Made by a program: the position numbers and the translations under genes. DNA of 64,000 bases, from contig OY782391.1 in the NCBI GenBank assembly GCA_963677745.1, forward strand, positions 160,001 through 224,000, read 5' to 3'. Source of the stretch: Candidatus Altimarinota bacterium. GTDB taxonomy: Bacteria; Patescibacteriota; Gracilibacteria; UBA1369. Below the pieces are notes generated by a model. It did no database searches, had not been told where the DNA came from, and saw only the letters and a list, made by a program, of their open reading frames with translations. Below are positions 41,716-52,300 of the stretch, in pieces. The stretch's first letter is position 1, and each line of letters opens with the position of its first letter.

Positions 41716-42585
41716 TTATAGATTCAACTTTCTGCGGAATTTCAATTGCCCGCCCCCGGCCGTAATTTCCACTATACCCGCCACCCTCCCGCTGTAAATT
41801 GCCATGGCTTCACTTTCAATCCGCTCCGGGCCGTTTTCGATAAAATTTCCTTTCGACAGAACACCATATTGTTCCGGAGACAAATTGATCATTTTCCGGC
41901 CGGCAAAAATCTGTTCTGGATCCACGCACATTTTCTCCAGATTGGCAGAATCAATTTCCACCAGCTTCACCGCCCGCCCCACCTGCAAATTTCCCACAGC
42001 CGTCCTGCGCAATTCCCCGACCATACCTCCACACCCCAGTTCTTCCCCCAAATCATGAGCCAGACTGCGGATATAGGTACCGCTGGAACAATGTACCCGC
42101 AATTTCAGCCGGGGAAATTCATAATCCGTAACCTCAACCGAAAATATTTCCACGGGACGCTTTTTCATTTCAAATTGCTGACCCTCCCTGGCCATCTGGT
42201 AGGCGCGTTTCCCGGCAATCTGTATGGCGGAAAAACGGGGCGGAACCTGTTCGATTTTTCCGGTAAATTGTTCTTTCAACAATCTTGTAATCAAGTCCAA
42301 TGAGGGTATGTCATAACCGGAATTTTCAGTGATCGTTCCTTCGACATCAAAAGTATCACTGGTTTTTCCCAAAGCAATTACCACTTCATAGACCTTGTCG
42401 CTGGATTCCAGATAAGGCAGCAGCTTGGTATATTCGCCCAACGCCAAAACCATCAGCCCGCTGGCCAGAGGATCCAGCGTGCCGGCAAACCCCACTCTTT
42501 TTTGATTGGCAATTTTTCTGAGAGCCACGACCAGCTTGAAAGAGTTGATGCCTGTTTCCTTATCAATCAATAAAAATCCGTTCAT
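41716..42585 (-). CDS. truB: tRNA pseudouridine(55) synthase
   Basis: GFAGTLDPLASG, QVPPRFSA, CSSGTYIRSL, LRRTAVG. Confidence 0.95.
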   Translation of the reverse strand: MNGFLLIDKETGINSFKLVVALRKIANQKRVGFAGTLDPLASGLMVLALGEYTKLLPYLESSDKVYEVVIALGKTSDTFDVEGTITENSGYDIPSLDLITRLLKEQFTGKIEQVPPRFSAIQIAGKRAYQMAREGQQFEMKKRPVEIFSVEVTDYEFPRLKLRVHCSSGTYIRSLAHDLGEELGCGGMVGELRRTAVGNLQVGRAVKLVEIDSANLEKMCVDPEQIFAGRKMINLSPEQYGVLSKGNFIENGPERIESEAMAIYSGRVAGIVEITAGGGQLKFRRKLNL

Positions 42586-43886
42586 AATTCCACGGTCAGC
42601 GGTTTGGACAAAATTTCCCTCACCACCTGACGGTCATCCCAGGGCTCGCGGCCATAGGCCAGTACCTGCACGGATTCAGCCCCCTTACCGGCAATTACCA
42701 CGGTGTCTCCCGGCTGGGCGGAATTGAGTGCAAATTTGATGGCTTCATAACGGGTCGGCATTTTCCACAGACCGTGTCCCTCTTCTCTTTTGATACCGGC
42801 AGCAATCTGTTCGATAATTCCATAACGGTTTTCTTCATAGGGATCATCATCAGTCAGGACAATCTGATCGGCATACTGATCGGCCAGTTCACCCATCTTG
42901 GCCCGTTTTCCCTTGTCCCGGCCGCCGCCGGTGGCTCCAAACACGGCATAGAGTTTGCCGGGAGTTCCGGCCTTATACAATTGCAAAAGTTTACCGAGAC
43001 TATCTGCGGTGTGGGCGTAATCGACAATCACGGCATACGGCTGTCCGCAATCAATTTGCTCAAAACGGCCGGCAATGGTAGTGGCTTTCTCCAGGGCCGC
43101 CTTGATCACGTTGGCGGAAATGCCGCAGGAAAGCGCCACGGTGGCGGCCGCCAAAGCGTTATAGACGCTGAACTGCCCCGGCATCCGCAAATTGATGTTT
43201 ACCTTATTATTGGGCATATGCAGAACAAAGGTAGACCCCGTCTGGGCATAAACAATATCGGTCGCGTAACAATTGCCGCTCTTCAATCCGTAAGTATATT
43301 TGCGGTCGGCATTGTACTGATCAAAATATGAAAAATTACCGTCATCCTGATTGACCACCGAAACCTTGGAAATTTTCGGTTTCCTGGCCTGCCGGTTGAG
43401 ACGGGCAAACAGCAATCCCTTGGCCCTCAAATACTCCTTGAATCCTCCATGATAATCCAGATGATCCTCACCGATATTGGTCATGACAGCCGTGTCAAAA
43501 TTGATACCCCAAACCCGGTTTTGGACCAGCGAATGCGAAGATACCTCTATCACCGCAAACTGGCAGCGGTCCACTACCATCTCCCTCAACATCCGTTGAA
43601 CAAAAAATGGACTCAGTGTGGTCATTTTGCTCTCATTGAACCAGCGCCTTTCGGCGATCTGGAAATTGGTGGTGGAAGTAAGACCCACCCTAAAACCGGC
43701 CTCCTCCAGTACCAGCGCAATCAGATTGGTGGTGGTGGTTTTACCCTTGGTTCCGGTTACCCCGATCACCTGAAGCTGACGTGAAGGAAAACCATAGAGC
43801 AGACAAGCCGTCACCGCCATCAGTTTGTGATAAAAAAGACGCAGCGGATGCCGGTCGGGAATCATTTTTTTGAGATATCTGATCAA
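42582..43886 (-). CDS. murE: UDP-MurNAc-tripeptide synthetase (MurE), lacking the usual N-terminal domain
   Basis: GVTGTKGKTTT, EVSSH, DHLDYH, GRFE, VDYAHT, GGRDKGKR, IAGKG. Confidence 0.9.
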   Translation of the reverse strand: MIRYLKKMIPDRHPLRLFYHKLMAVTACLLYGFPSRQLQVIGVTGTKGKTTTTNLIALVLEEAGFRVGLTSTTNFQIAERRWFNESKMTTLSPFFVQRMLREMVVDRCQFAVIEVSSHSLVQNRVWGINFDTAVMTNIGEDHLDYHGGFKEYLRAKGLLFARLNRQARKPKISKVSVVNQDDGNFSYFDQYNADRKYTYGLKSGNCYATDIVYAQTGSTFVLHMPNNKVNINLRMPGQFSVYNALAAATVALSCGISANVIKAALEKATTIAGRFEQIDCGQPYAVIVDYAHTADSLGKLLQLYKAGTPGKLYAVFGATGGGRDKGKRAKMGELADQYADQIVLTDDDPYEENRYGIIEQIAAGIKREEGHGLWKMPTRYEAIKFALNSAQPGDTVVIAGKGAESVQVLAYGREPWDDRQVVREILSKPLTVEL

Positions 43887-43913
43887 GTCGGTCTTGGGTT
43901 AAATAATGATTGG

Positions 43914-45260
43914 TTATGTGGATTCTAATATCTTTTTTCTGCGGGGCAAAATGCATAATGCAATAATCAGCCAAAAGAGCATGGCCAGATCATTTTTAAA
44001 CAGATAGGTATCCACCAAGCCGTGCAATAACATTACCATCAAAAGTGAAATCCCGATTAAACGGAAAAACTGATCATCATAAACCTTATTCCAGATAATT
44101 CTTTTGAAACAAAAGATCACCAGTCCCACAAACATCACCAGGCCCGCCAGGCCCAGATTAAGCCAAACCGCCACCAGCGTGTTGTGCGGATGAATCATCA
44201 CCCATTCATAAGGCTCATGTCCCAGAACACGCGTCGATTCCAAATTATAAAGCGGCTCAAACTGGCCAAAACCGATTCCCAGCAAGGGATGATTCCAGAC
44301 CAGATCCCCCGCCACCTGATAGACCTGCAAACGCACACTGCTGGAACTTCTCTGCTGAAATTCCGTAAACAGCTTCCACTTCTCGGTGTTGGCAAACAAC
44401 AGCAGGCCGGAAAACAGAATAATCACCGCGAACACTCCCAAAAAATAAGAAATTTTCTTTAATAAAAACAGCTGCTCCACTTTTTCAAATCGCCGGTTGA
44501 TCAAAAATGCCGCCAGCAGAAATCCCAACAGCGCCAGCATCACCGCCATGATCGCGGCATAGGAATGTGTCATTAACAATGCTACCGAATACAAAACGGC
44601 CAGCAACATTCCCACCAAAAACCTGGGCAGTTTAAAGCCCTGAAGAATACCCCGCACAATCATTATCCACAGTGCGGTAACCGCCGGGGCCAGATACATA
44701 GCCAGATAGTTGGCATTTATGAAGGGGCCGGAAGCACGACCGTCCAGGGTAATGAAATTACCGCTGGTATATTGGTAAAAAGCCCAAATTACCAATGGTA
44801 ACGCGGAAAAAACATAAGCATAGATGGAATTGAACAGCTGGGATTTGCTTTCCGTGTTGAATCTCAACAGACAAAAATAAAGCCAGGGGATAACGATCCA
44901 TCCCTTGAGAATTCCCCAAGCCGTTCTTTTTGATTCGTAAATGGAGTTTCCGTCCATCATCAGAGTCTTTTCCGGCACGATCATTACCGCCACCAGTGAA
45001 ATTGCCAGCAATAACAAACTCAGCACTAAAAAATTCCTGTTCTGTCTGAAAAAGTATATCACATCAGATTTCCATTTTCTAGCAACACGTAATCGGACAA
45101 TCATCCAGAACAACAATTGCCAAAACAGCAACAAAATCACCGCCAATTCCAGAACATTGAACGGTACCCGCCACATCTCCAACTTAACCAGATAAAGAGG
45201 AAAAATCAGGGGCAACACAAAGATCAAATTTTGCGGACGCAGCCAGTCGGGTATCTTCAT
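43914..45260 (-). CDS. O-antigen ligase / O-oligosaccharyltransferase-like membrane protein
   Basis: Multi-TM; RASGPFINANYLAMYL, SSVRLQVY, HPLLGIGFGQF, HPHN. Confidence 0.88.
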   Translation of the reverse strand: MKIPDWLRPQNLIFVLPLIFPLYLVKLEMWRVPFNVLELAVILLLFWQLLFWMIVRLRVARKWKSDVIYFFRQNRNFLVLSLLLLAISLVAVMIVPEKTLMMDGNSIYESKRTAWGILKGWIVIPWLYFCLLRFNTESKSQLFNSIYAYVFSALPLVIWAFYQYTSGNFITLDGRASGPFINANYLAMYLAPAVTALWIMIVRGILQGFKLPRFLVGMLLAVLYSVALLMTHSYAAIMAVMLALLGFLLAAFLINRRFEKVEQLFLLKKISYFLGVFAVIILFSGLLLFANTEKWKLFTEFQQRSSSSVRLQVYQVAGDLVWNHPLLGIGFGQFEPLYNLESTRVLGHEPYEWVMIHPHNTLVAVWLNLGLAGLVMFVGLVIFCFKRIIWNKVYDDQFFRLIGISLLMVMLLHGLVDTYLFKNDLAMLFWLIIALCILPRRKKILEST

Positions 45261-45269
45261 TTTAAAAAG

Positions 45270-45581
45270 CTAAAGACCTTCCCGAACCGTCTTATCTTTT
45301 TCCAGCTGGGAACGCAGTTTTTGTTCCAGTAAATCGACTCCTTCTTCCACTGTCAGACAATCGGTCTCCGCGCGTAAAGTCCCCTGGGGAACAGCGGCCG
45401 TAATGGCCATCAGAATCTTTTTATCACTGGAAAGATGTTCCTGAAATTCAACATCAACCCGCACTACCACGGAAGGATCTTCCATGATCTTGAAAATAGA
45501 CAGAGACTCCACTTTCCCGGTGATGTAATCCTCCTGCCGGTCCGACAAACGCAGTCCTTTTTGATGAAAATTGATTTGCAT
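45270..45581 (-). CDS. hpf: Ribosome hibernation promoting factor (short HPF/RaiA type)
   Basis: MQINFHQKGLRLSD..EDYITGKV...TLRAE.....EGVDLLEQKLRSQLEKDK; start at ATG 45581. Confidence 0.8.
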   Translation of the reverse strand: MQINFHQKGLRLSDRQEDYITGKVESLSIFKIMEDPSVVVRVDVEFQEHLSSDKKILMAITAAVPQGTLRAETDCLTVEEGVDLLEQKLRSQLEKDKTVREGL

Positions 45582-45707
45582 GTTTATTGAGGTTAATTCC
45601 GGGGAAATTATAAGACCTTCAAGACCCAAAGTCACCCCCTTTGCATTGACTGAAAAAGATAGCCGGGCAGAAGGCTTCTTTTCCTATAAACACCCGAACC
45701 TGGATAT

Positions 45708-45736
45708 TTGCGGAAAAGACGATTTTTTGCTAGAAT
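45708..45736 (+). promoter_or_regulatory. Putative promoter for the giant-protein locus
   Basis: TTGCGG-17-TAGAAT with extended TG, 26 nt before ATG 45763. Confidence 0.6.
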
Positions 45737-45762
45737 ATAAAGATATATTTTTAGGCCTTCAT

Positions 45763-46233
45763 ATGGTTAATACAAAAACACAAGCAACTTTTGCCCAGCG
45801 TACCGCCACCAGAGTAGAGCAGGAAAACACCTGGCAGCAATACAACGCCGAAGCCAAGTTCAACTCCAAAAGCATGGTCAAAAGCCTGGAGGAACTGGCC
45901 GCCAAGGTTTTCCCCTCCGACGCCTTCAACAGCAACGCCTACCAGGAAGCCATGGTAAATTCCCTCACCGAAACCATCTCTCCGGAAATCGGAGTGAAAG
46001 ATTTCTGGAAAGCTCTGGGAAAAGCCGGCTGCAAAACGCTGCGCATTGTCGAGGGACATTTAAACTTTTTCGACGGCGAAAATCAGAAAATGGACATTAC
46101 AGCCTATACCCAACCAATTGTCTTTGAAGCCCATTCCAGTTTCTACAAGCAAAGACAGATGGAGCGTGAAGCACGCATCGAGGAAGCCCGCAAGCAATTA
46201 CAGGAACTGCTCAAGGAAATTCACCGCCGCTAA
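45763..46233 (+). CDS. Hypothetical protein resembling the N-terminal domain of the downstream giant protein
   Basis: 156-aa ORF from ATG 45763 (MVNTKTQ); the longer track ORF overlaps hpf and the promoter. Confidence 0.75.
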   Translation: MVNTKTQATFAQRTATRVEQENTWQQYNAEAKFNSKSMVKSLEELAAKVFPSDAFNSNAYQEAMVNSLTETISPEIGVKDFWKALGKAGCKTLRIVEGHLNFFDGENQKMDITAYTQPIVFEAHSSFYKQRQMEREARIEEARKQLQELLKEIHRR

Positions 46234-46327
46234 AGGCAGCCCCACCTCCCCCACCCGCCCGGTGGGCAGAATATCAAAAGGGCCTTAACCAATTCTAAAA
46301 AACAAATAAAAAAATAAAGCAACGACC

Positions 46328-49300
46328 ATGAAAGACTTCGAAAACAACAATCTTCTCCGCTTCCCGGAACAAAACCAGAACCCCTTCCGTGAAAAAAGAA
46401 CGGTCTGGATGAGTCCCGTCGAACAACAGTCGGAAAAACCGGCCGCCGGACCGGGAGTCGACATCAACAAGTCTGATTTTGACAATCTCGCCTTTAAAAA
46501 CGAGTCCAGGGAAAATTTTGAAAAAATGGGCGGCAGCATCGACCAGACAATTAAGAACCTGCTCAAAAAGCTGAAAGTGGAAAACAAAGAGCTGACCGAA
46601 GATCAGATTAATTTGCTCAGCGGAGAATTCCGCGAAGGTCTGCAAAAATCCGTTGCTGACAAATGGACTTCCATTGCCGACAAGATCAAACAACCGGCCA
46701 GCCCCGCTCCCTCCCCCGCCGACGCACTGGATAAATTCCAAAACGGACTGAAAGACCTCAATTGTATCCAGATCGGATTGGTCCATGACAACAGTGATGA
46801 CACCACCAAATTCAAATTTTATTCAAAAACCGGAGAAATTGTTTTCCCCGCCACGGACATCGCCATTCAGTATGTACCAAAACAGGCCAGAGAAGCTGTT
46901 GCCGGAATGGAACAGGAAAAAGGCCTGCAGCAATTCACGGTCGCCAAAAACGCCCCCAAGGACAGGATGACTGGAGGAATCGACAACCTGAAATTTCTGG
47001 AAAGCCAGGGAGTCACCCCCAAAGACGGCGACTGGGTGGAGGTTATTCGCGGAACTAACAAAATCAAAGCTCAGTATGTGGAAAAAGACAAAAAATTTAT
47101 TACCGAGGCCAAGACCCCGCTCTGGCTGATCGCCGGAGATAAAATCGAGTATCGACCAAAGGCCGTGGAGAAACCGGCGGCACAAATAGATGTAAACATC
47201 GACGGCACACCTTACGGAATCGTCCAGCAAATCGACCTGCCTGCCGGCACTACCTACTTGCAGGTGGCAGAGGCAATCATCAATAACAAAGGCAAACTGA
47301 ACAACCAGCCCCTGGTGGAAGATGAAACAGTGACCCGGGTTACCAGAACCAAAATCAGCGTACCCGAGTATGCCGAACTGCTCAAAAAAGCCCATGACGC
47401 CATGAAAGGACAACGTCTGCCAATTATCATTCCGGAAGCGCCTAAAGGCAGAAAAGAAGCAGGGGAAACAAAAAGAGAACAGCAGGAAACCAAAGTCAGA
47501 ACTGAAAGAGAACAGGCCGCCAGCAAAGCCACCGATCAGTACGAATCCAAAAAAGCACTGCATACAATACAGATGGAACTGTATAACCGCGACCCCGAGA
47601 AATGGACTGAACTGAAAGCCCTGATTGCCGAATATGACGCCAAACTGGCAGCAGTTCCCAAAAACTCGGAACAATTCAATGAGTTATGGGAAGAATTCTG
47701 GGACAAAATGGAAGGCTTCTTCAAGAACGCCGGTCTGTCCCGTTCCGTCAGCAACGAAACCTATCTGGCCATGAAAGCCGGCAAAGACAGTTCCGCCTGG
47801 AAAGAAATGTGGGACGAAAAAAATCCCGGAGCCCAGAAAATCATCAATATCATCGGGAAAAATCCTAAAGTTTTCACGGATAAAGAGCAGACCAAGCCCA
47901 ATATGATCAGAAATAATATCTGGAAGCTGGTTTATGATACCGGAGACGGACAAAGTTTTGATTCGGAAGATATTATCAATACCTTCGGCATCAAACTTCC
48001 CAATGAGATGAATTACGAGGACGTGCTGGCGCTGGCTGCTGCTCCTGACACCGCCCTCAAAACGCCCGCCCTGAAAAGTCTTAAATCACTCTGTGACCAG
48101 TACGGAGGAGCCATCGAGGAATTGGCCAATGCCATCCACGATCTTAACCCAAGCCTGACCCGCCGCGGTGCAGGCAAACGTGAACATGAAAAATTGTCAG
48201 AAAAAGCCCCCGACTTCGCCAGGGATCTCAAAACCATGGTGGACCTGCTTAATGTAGACTCCTCCACCGCCATCAAACAGGAAGATGAAAGAAATTATTC
48301 CTGTATCGTGGAAAAGAGCGGCAAGAGACTGATGCTCAGATCAACCAAAACCTCCGCCGGACAAACCCTGTCCGTCCTAGATCCGGACAATGGTACTCCC
48401 CTGATGAAGGAATATGATTACGGCAGACTGGACCAGCAGGATTATATCGATAAAATCAATTCCATCTTCAATACGATGGCCAAATCGGTCACTGCGGAAC
48501 GGGCAGGAGAAAAACCGCTGGCCGAAATCGCACTGACTCCCAATTCCAAACCTACTTTCCACAGCCTGCGCGACCTGGAGAGTCTGAACAAAGGTATTCC
48601 GGGCATGCCGGTCAAAGATCTTCTGGAAACCGGTAAAACCGGCGGTACCAGATTCGGCTTTGATATAGATAACCTCAAAAACACCCTGACCGACGGACTG
48701 AAAACTGCACTCACGCGTATGGGTGTATTAAATAGTGCCAAGTTTGTGGACAGCCCCGCCAACCGGGTGGAAATGCAGGGCAACGATTCCGCGCTGGTAA
48801 ATGTCCGTTACCGTGGAAAGGATTTGACCATGAAATTTGAAAACACCACTGCCGGATACAATGTATATATAGCATCCGGTTTCAACCAGCCCGCCGACAA
48901 AATGACTCAGGTTCATTCAGAATGGGGCTCGATGGACAGTCAGGATGATTTTATTAAGACGATGGATGAGGGCGTCAACAAACTTCCTGCCAATGCTGCC
49001 AAGATGGAAACCCAAAACCAGAACTCCGAAAGAATTACGGCCTCTGCCAAATGTTTTACGGATTTTAACAACAAGCTCGCCGAATATGCCAAATCTGTCG
49101 GTTACAAGGTCGACCTGAGCCTGACATACAGCCAGTTCGTGGAAGCAGTATTCCGCAGCCACTCCTTTGCAGATCTAAAAACCGAAGGTTGCGTGGCCAA
49201 AGTCAAAGGACAGGAAAAAGCCTTTATTCTGACTTCCCTGCCCGCCAAATTGCAGGATATCGGACACAATCTGCAACTATTACAGCTGGTCTACAGTATT

Positions 49301-52300
49301 AAATTCGGCACAGTCGGTGACCGCAGTTATGTCAACCTGACCTCCGCCGCCAGCGAAAAAGCCCGCGAATCAGTAGATACCCAACAAAAGTACGAACACC
49401 GTCTTAAGCAGCTGTTTGCCTACGGACTGACCGACTTCGACCAGGAAGGCCGAAAAGTCACCATGGGCGACACTGGCGTAGGCCGGGAATCAACCACCTA
49501 CAGCAGCAAAGATGAGTATTTCAAAAAAGCCAGCGGCAACGCCGCCTACAACGAATTCCAAATGTCCTTCCGCCGGTTTGATGCCAACGGCCGGGAAATC
49601 ATGGACGTGCCCGCTGCCAACAAACGTCTCAATGATCTTTTCCAGAAAGGTTTGGCCAAATTGGACATGTTGAAAAGAGCACAACCTGCCTACAAGGAAC
49701 TTGCCGAAAAAGTAGACAAGGCCGGCCTGAAAAACCGCGGCCCTCTAGATCTTAACCAGGAAAAAGACTTTACCGATCTGGAGGCGCAGGTGATTAGATT
49801 AGGCTACCTGAACTTCTCGGAGATGCAGGAGCTGGAACAAACCAAAACACTGGAAAAAGCCAAAGAAGAATTGGTCGCTAATATCTTGAACCTGTTTCCG
49901 GACACCATAGTTGAGCCCAATGGTAAAACACATTCCAAACAAGAAATCGGCACCGCACTCAAACAACTACCATTTGGAGTACTCCTGAGTTATTCATACG
50001 ATTCCAATACAGATACTCATGCGGGAGGAATACATGTGCCGTTTATTCTGGATGTTTTCGGCAGCAAATACGCCAAACTGGTATTGGCACCCAGTGTAGG
50101 CAGCCAGGGAGTCGGACTTACCGTAGGTCTGGCCTTTACCAGTGAAGATCCTCAGAATAAAGAACAGCGCGTGATCGTTTATGGAGGAGTGTCGATGGGA
50201 GCCACCCTCGGCCCCAACACCAGCTTTGGTGCAGCCATTAGCGGTGGCATAGATTTCAAAATATGCAAAGCCGATGAGATGGACAACTTCAACTATTATA
50301 TAGGTTTGAAAGGAAACGCCGGAATTAATCTCGCCAAAAACCCCGCCGAAATGCTGGGTGGAGGTGTGGGTATAAAGCTTCTGGAATGGAAAATCGATAC
50401 CGAACAAACTCTCATCAATGCCCGCAATAAGAGATTTACCGAGGAAGGAATTAAGGCTCCTCTCGATCAACTGGCAGCCATTTACAAAAATGGCAGCAAA
50501 CCGCAGGAAATTAAAAATTTCTGCGACAGTCTTAAAGGAAACAAAGCTCTGGCTGAAAAAATCGGTCTGACGGCTGAAGATATGGCTCCAGGAAACGAAG
50601 CCAACATACTGATGAAATTTGAACAATTCGTGGGAGCTGTCACTGAAGATTTCTACAACACCTTTGATCTACCGCTAGTCATTGGAGGTGAAGTCAATTT
50701 CGGAGTAACACACGGTGTTCTGATTGCTTCCGGAGCAGCAACGGGCAACATTCCTCTGGTTCTCGGAACAATCGTTGGCTGGGGCATACAGTTTCTGGCC
50801 AGTCTCAACTTCAATGTTGGTTCCCGCCAGGTCATGACCCGCGAACAGCGTACCAGCGAAGGCAACATGGAAGCCTTCAACGACCTCAAGACCCAGGAGC
50901 AGTTCGACAAAGCCTTCACCAGCTTCCGCAGGGACAGCGGTTCACAGGAATACTATACCTCCGGCCGCAATCTCAATACCAAGGAAGGCGGTATTCGAAC
51001 CGAAATGGGAAAATCCAACAGTGCCAACCTGGAAATCAATAATTTTGAAACCCAGTTGGGGGCTTTCAATGAAACACTGACAGCCAAAAACATTCCGATG
51101 CGTATCCAGTCCAATCCCGACAAAACCATCGAAGTAATTTTGCTCAATTCACAGGCAGCCAATAATGAAAGAATTCTTTTCTCGCCCGATGTGGCCACCG
51201 TCGTCAACGGACGCATCTTCCTGAAAAATCCCAACGCCCTGACCAACCTTTATTTCAATCAGCAAAGCCGTGTTTATCCGCTGGAGACAAGCCACGGAGC
51301 AACCATTGAAACCATTATCACGGTTTCCAACAACCGCTTCAACAAAGCTGCCGACTTCCCCACCGAATTTTCTGTAACCAGACTGGCCGACAACAAAGAC
51401 AAGCCGGTCTTCGGGGGCGAAAAAGTCCCCGCCGGAGCTCCGGAATCCTATAAACGGATTGAGATTAACCGCGTGGAAATCAAGGGAGATCAGGACAGAA
51501 TGGCCAACGCACTCAACCAGAGCCAGTCCCAGGAAGCCAAGGAAAATATCAGACCCGATCTTAAGGAACAGGCTAAACGAATTTTAGCCTATACCAACAG
51601 CAAGCGCGAAACATTCATCTCCATCACCAACGACGAATCCAAAGAAAACCTGGAAAATCCCAATTATTTTTCACAAAAACTTCACAGCTTTTATCAGGAT
51701 TTTGCCAAAGACAAGAAAGCAGAACCTTTCAATGCACATGAAATGCGTATGCTGACATTGGAATTGTCCACCCTGCGCTATACCGAAATGATGAACAGTG
51801 CCACCGGCGTAACCGAAAGAGCCAAAGTGTTCGAGGACAGAATGAAATGGGCGGAAAAAACACTCACTCCTTATTTTGACAGAAGAATTGCCGAGATAAA
51901 TGCCCAGCTGGAAGCCACCGGCAAACCAAAGATTACTCATACCGGCAAGGAACTGGCTCTGAAAGCCACCCAGGATCTGCTGTACATGTCCACCAAGATG
52001 CCCAAGACCGAACTGCCACCTGGCACATCGGTATTTGTTGCCATCGGCCGCGGAGCTAACGGTCTCAACCAGATTCTGGACGGATCAAAAAATCCCGCCG
52101 ATGAAGCGGAAAAAGGAATGGTGGATCAGTACGGCTATATCATGGGTAAAGATTACACTCAAATTATCAGAAGGGCTGAACCGGGCAATCTTGACTATGA
52201 AATTGGTCTGATCTTAATGGGACAACTTTCCAAACTTCCGGAAACAAAAGATGTTAAAAACTTTATGGACAGCAGTCTGGCCAGAAAACTGGCTTCCAAC

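Noticed and set aside
45571-45762. Longer starts for the 45571-46233 and 45270-45635 ORFs
   Set aside because: They overlap each other and the promoter region; ATG 45763 and ATG 45581 fit better
46241-46267. CCCACC/GGTGGG hairpin as a terminator splitting the giant-gene locus
   Set aside because: Only a 6-bp stem with no following T-tract; could be a pause or processing site but not supportable as a terminator
47230-47440. LysM domain in the 2169-aa protein (IDLPAGTTYLQVAEAI...RLPIIIP)
   Set aside because: End motifs are suggestive but spacing is too long and core residues are missing; needs an HMM or structure check
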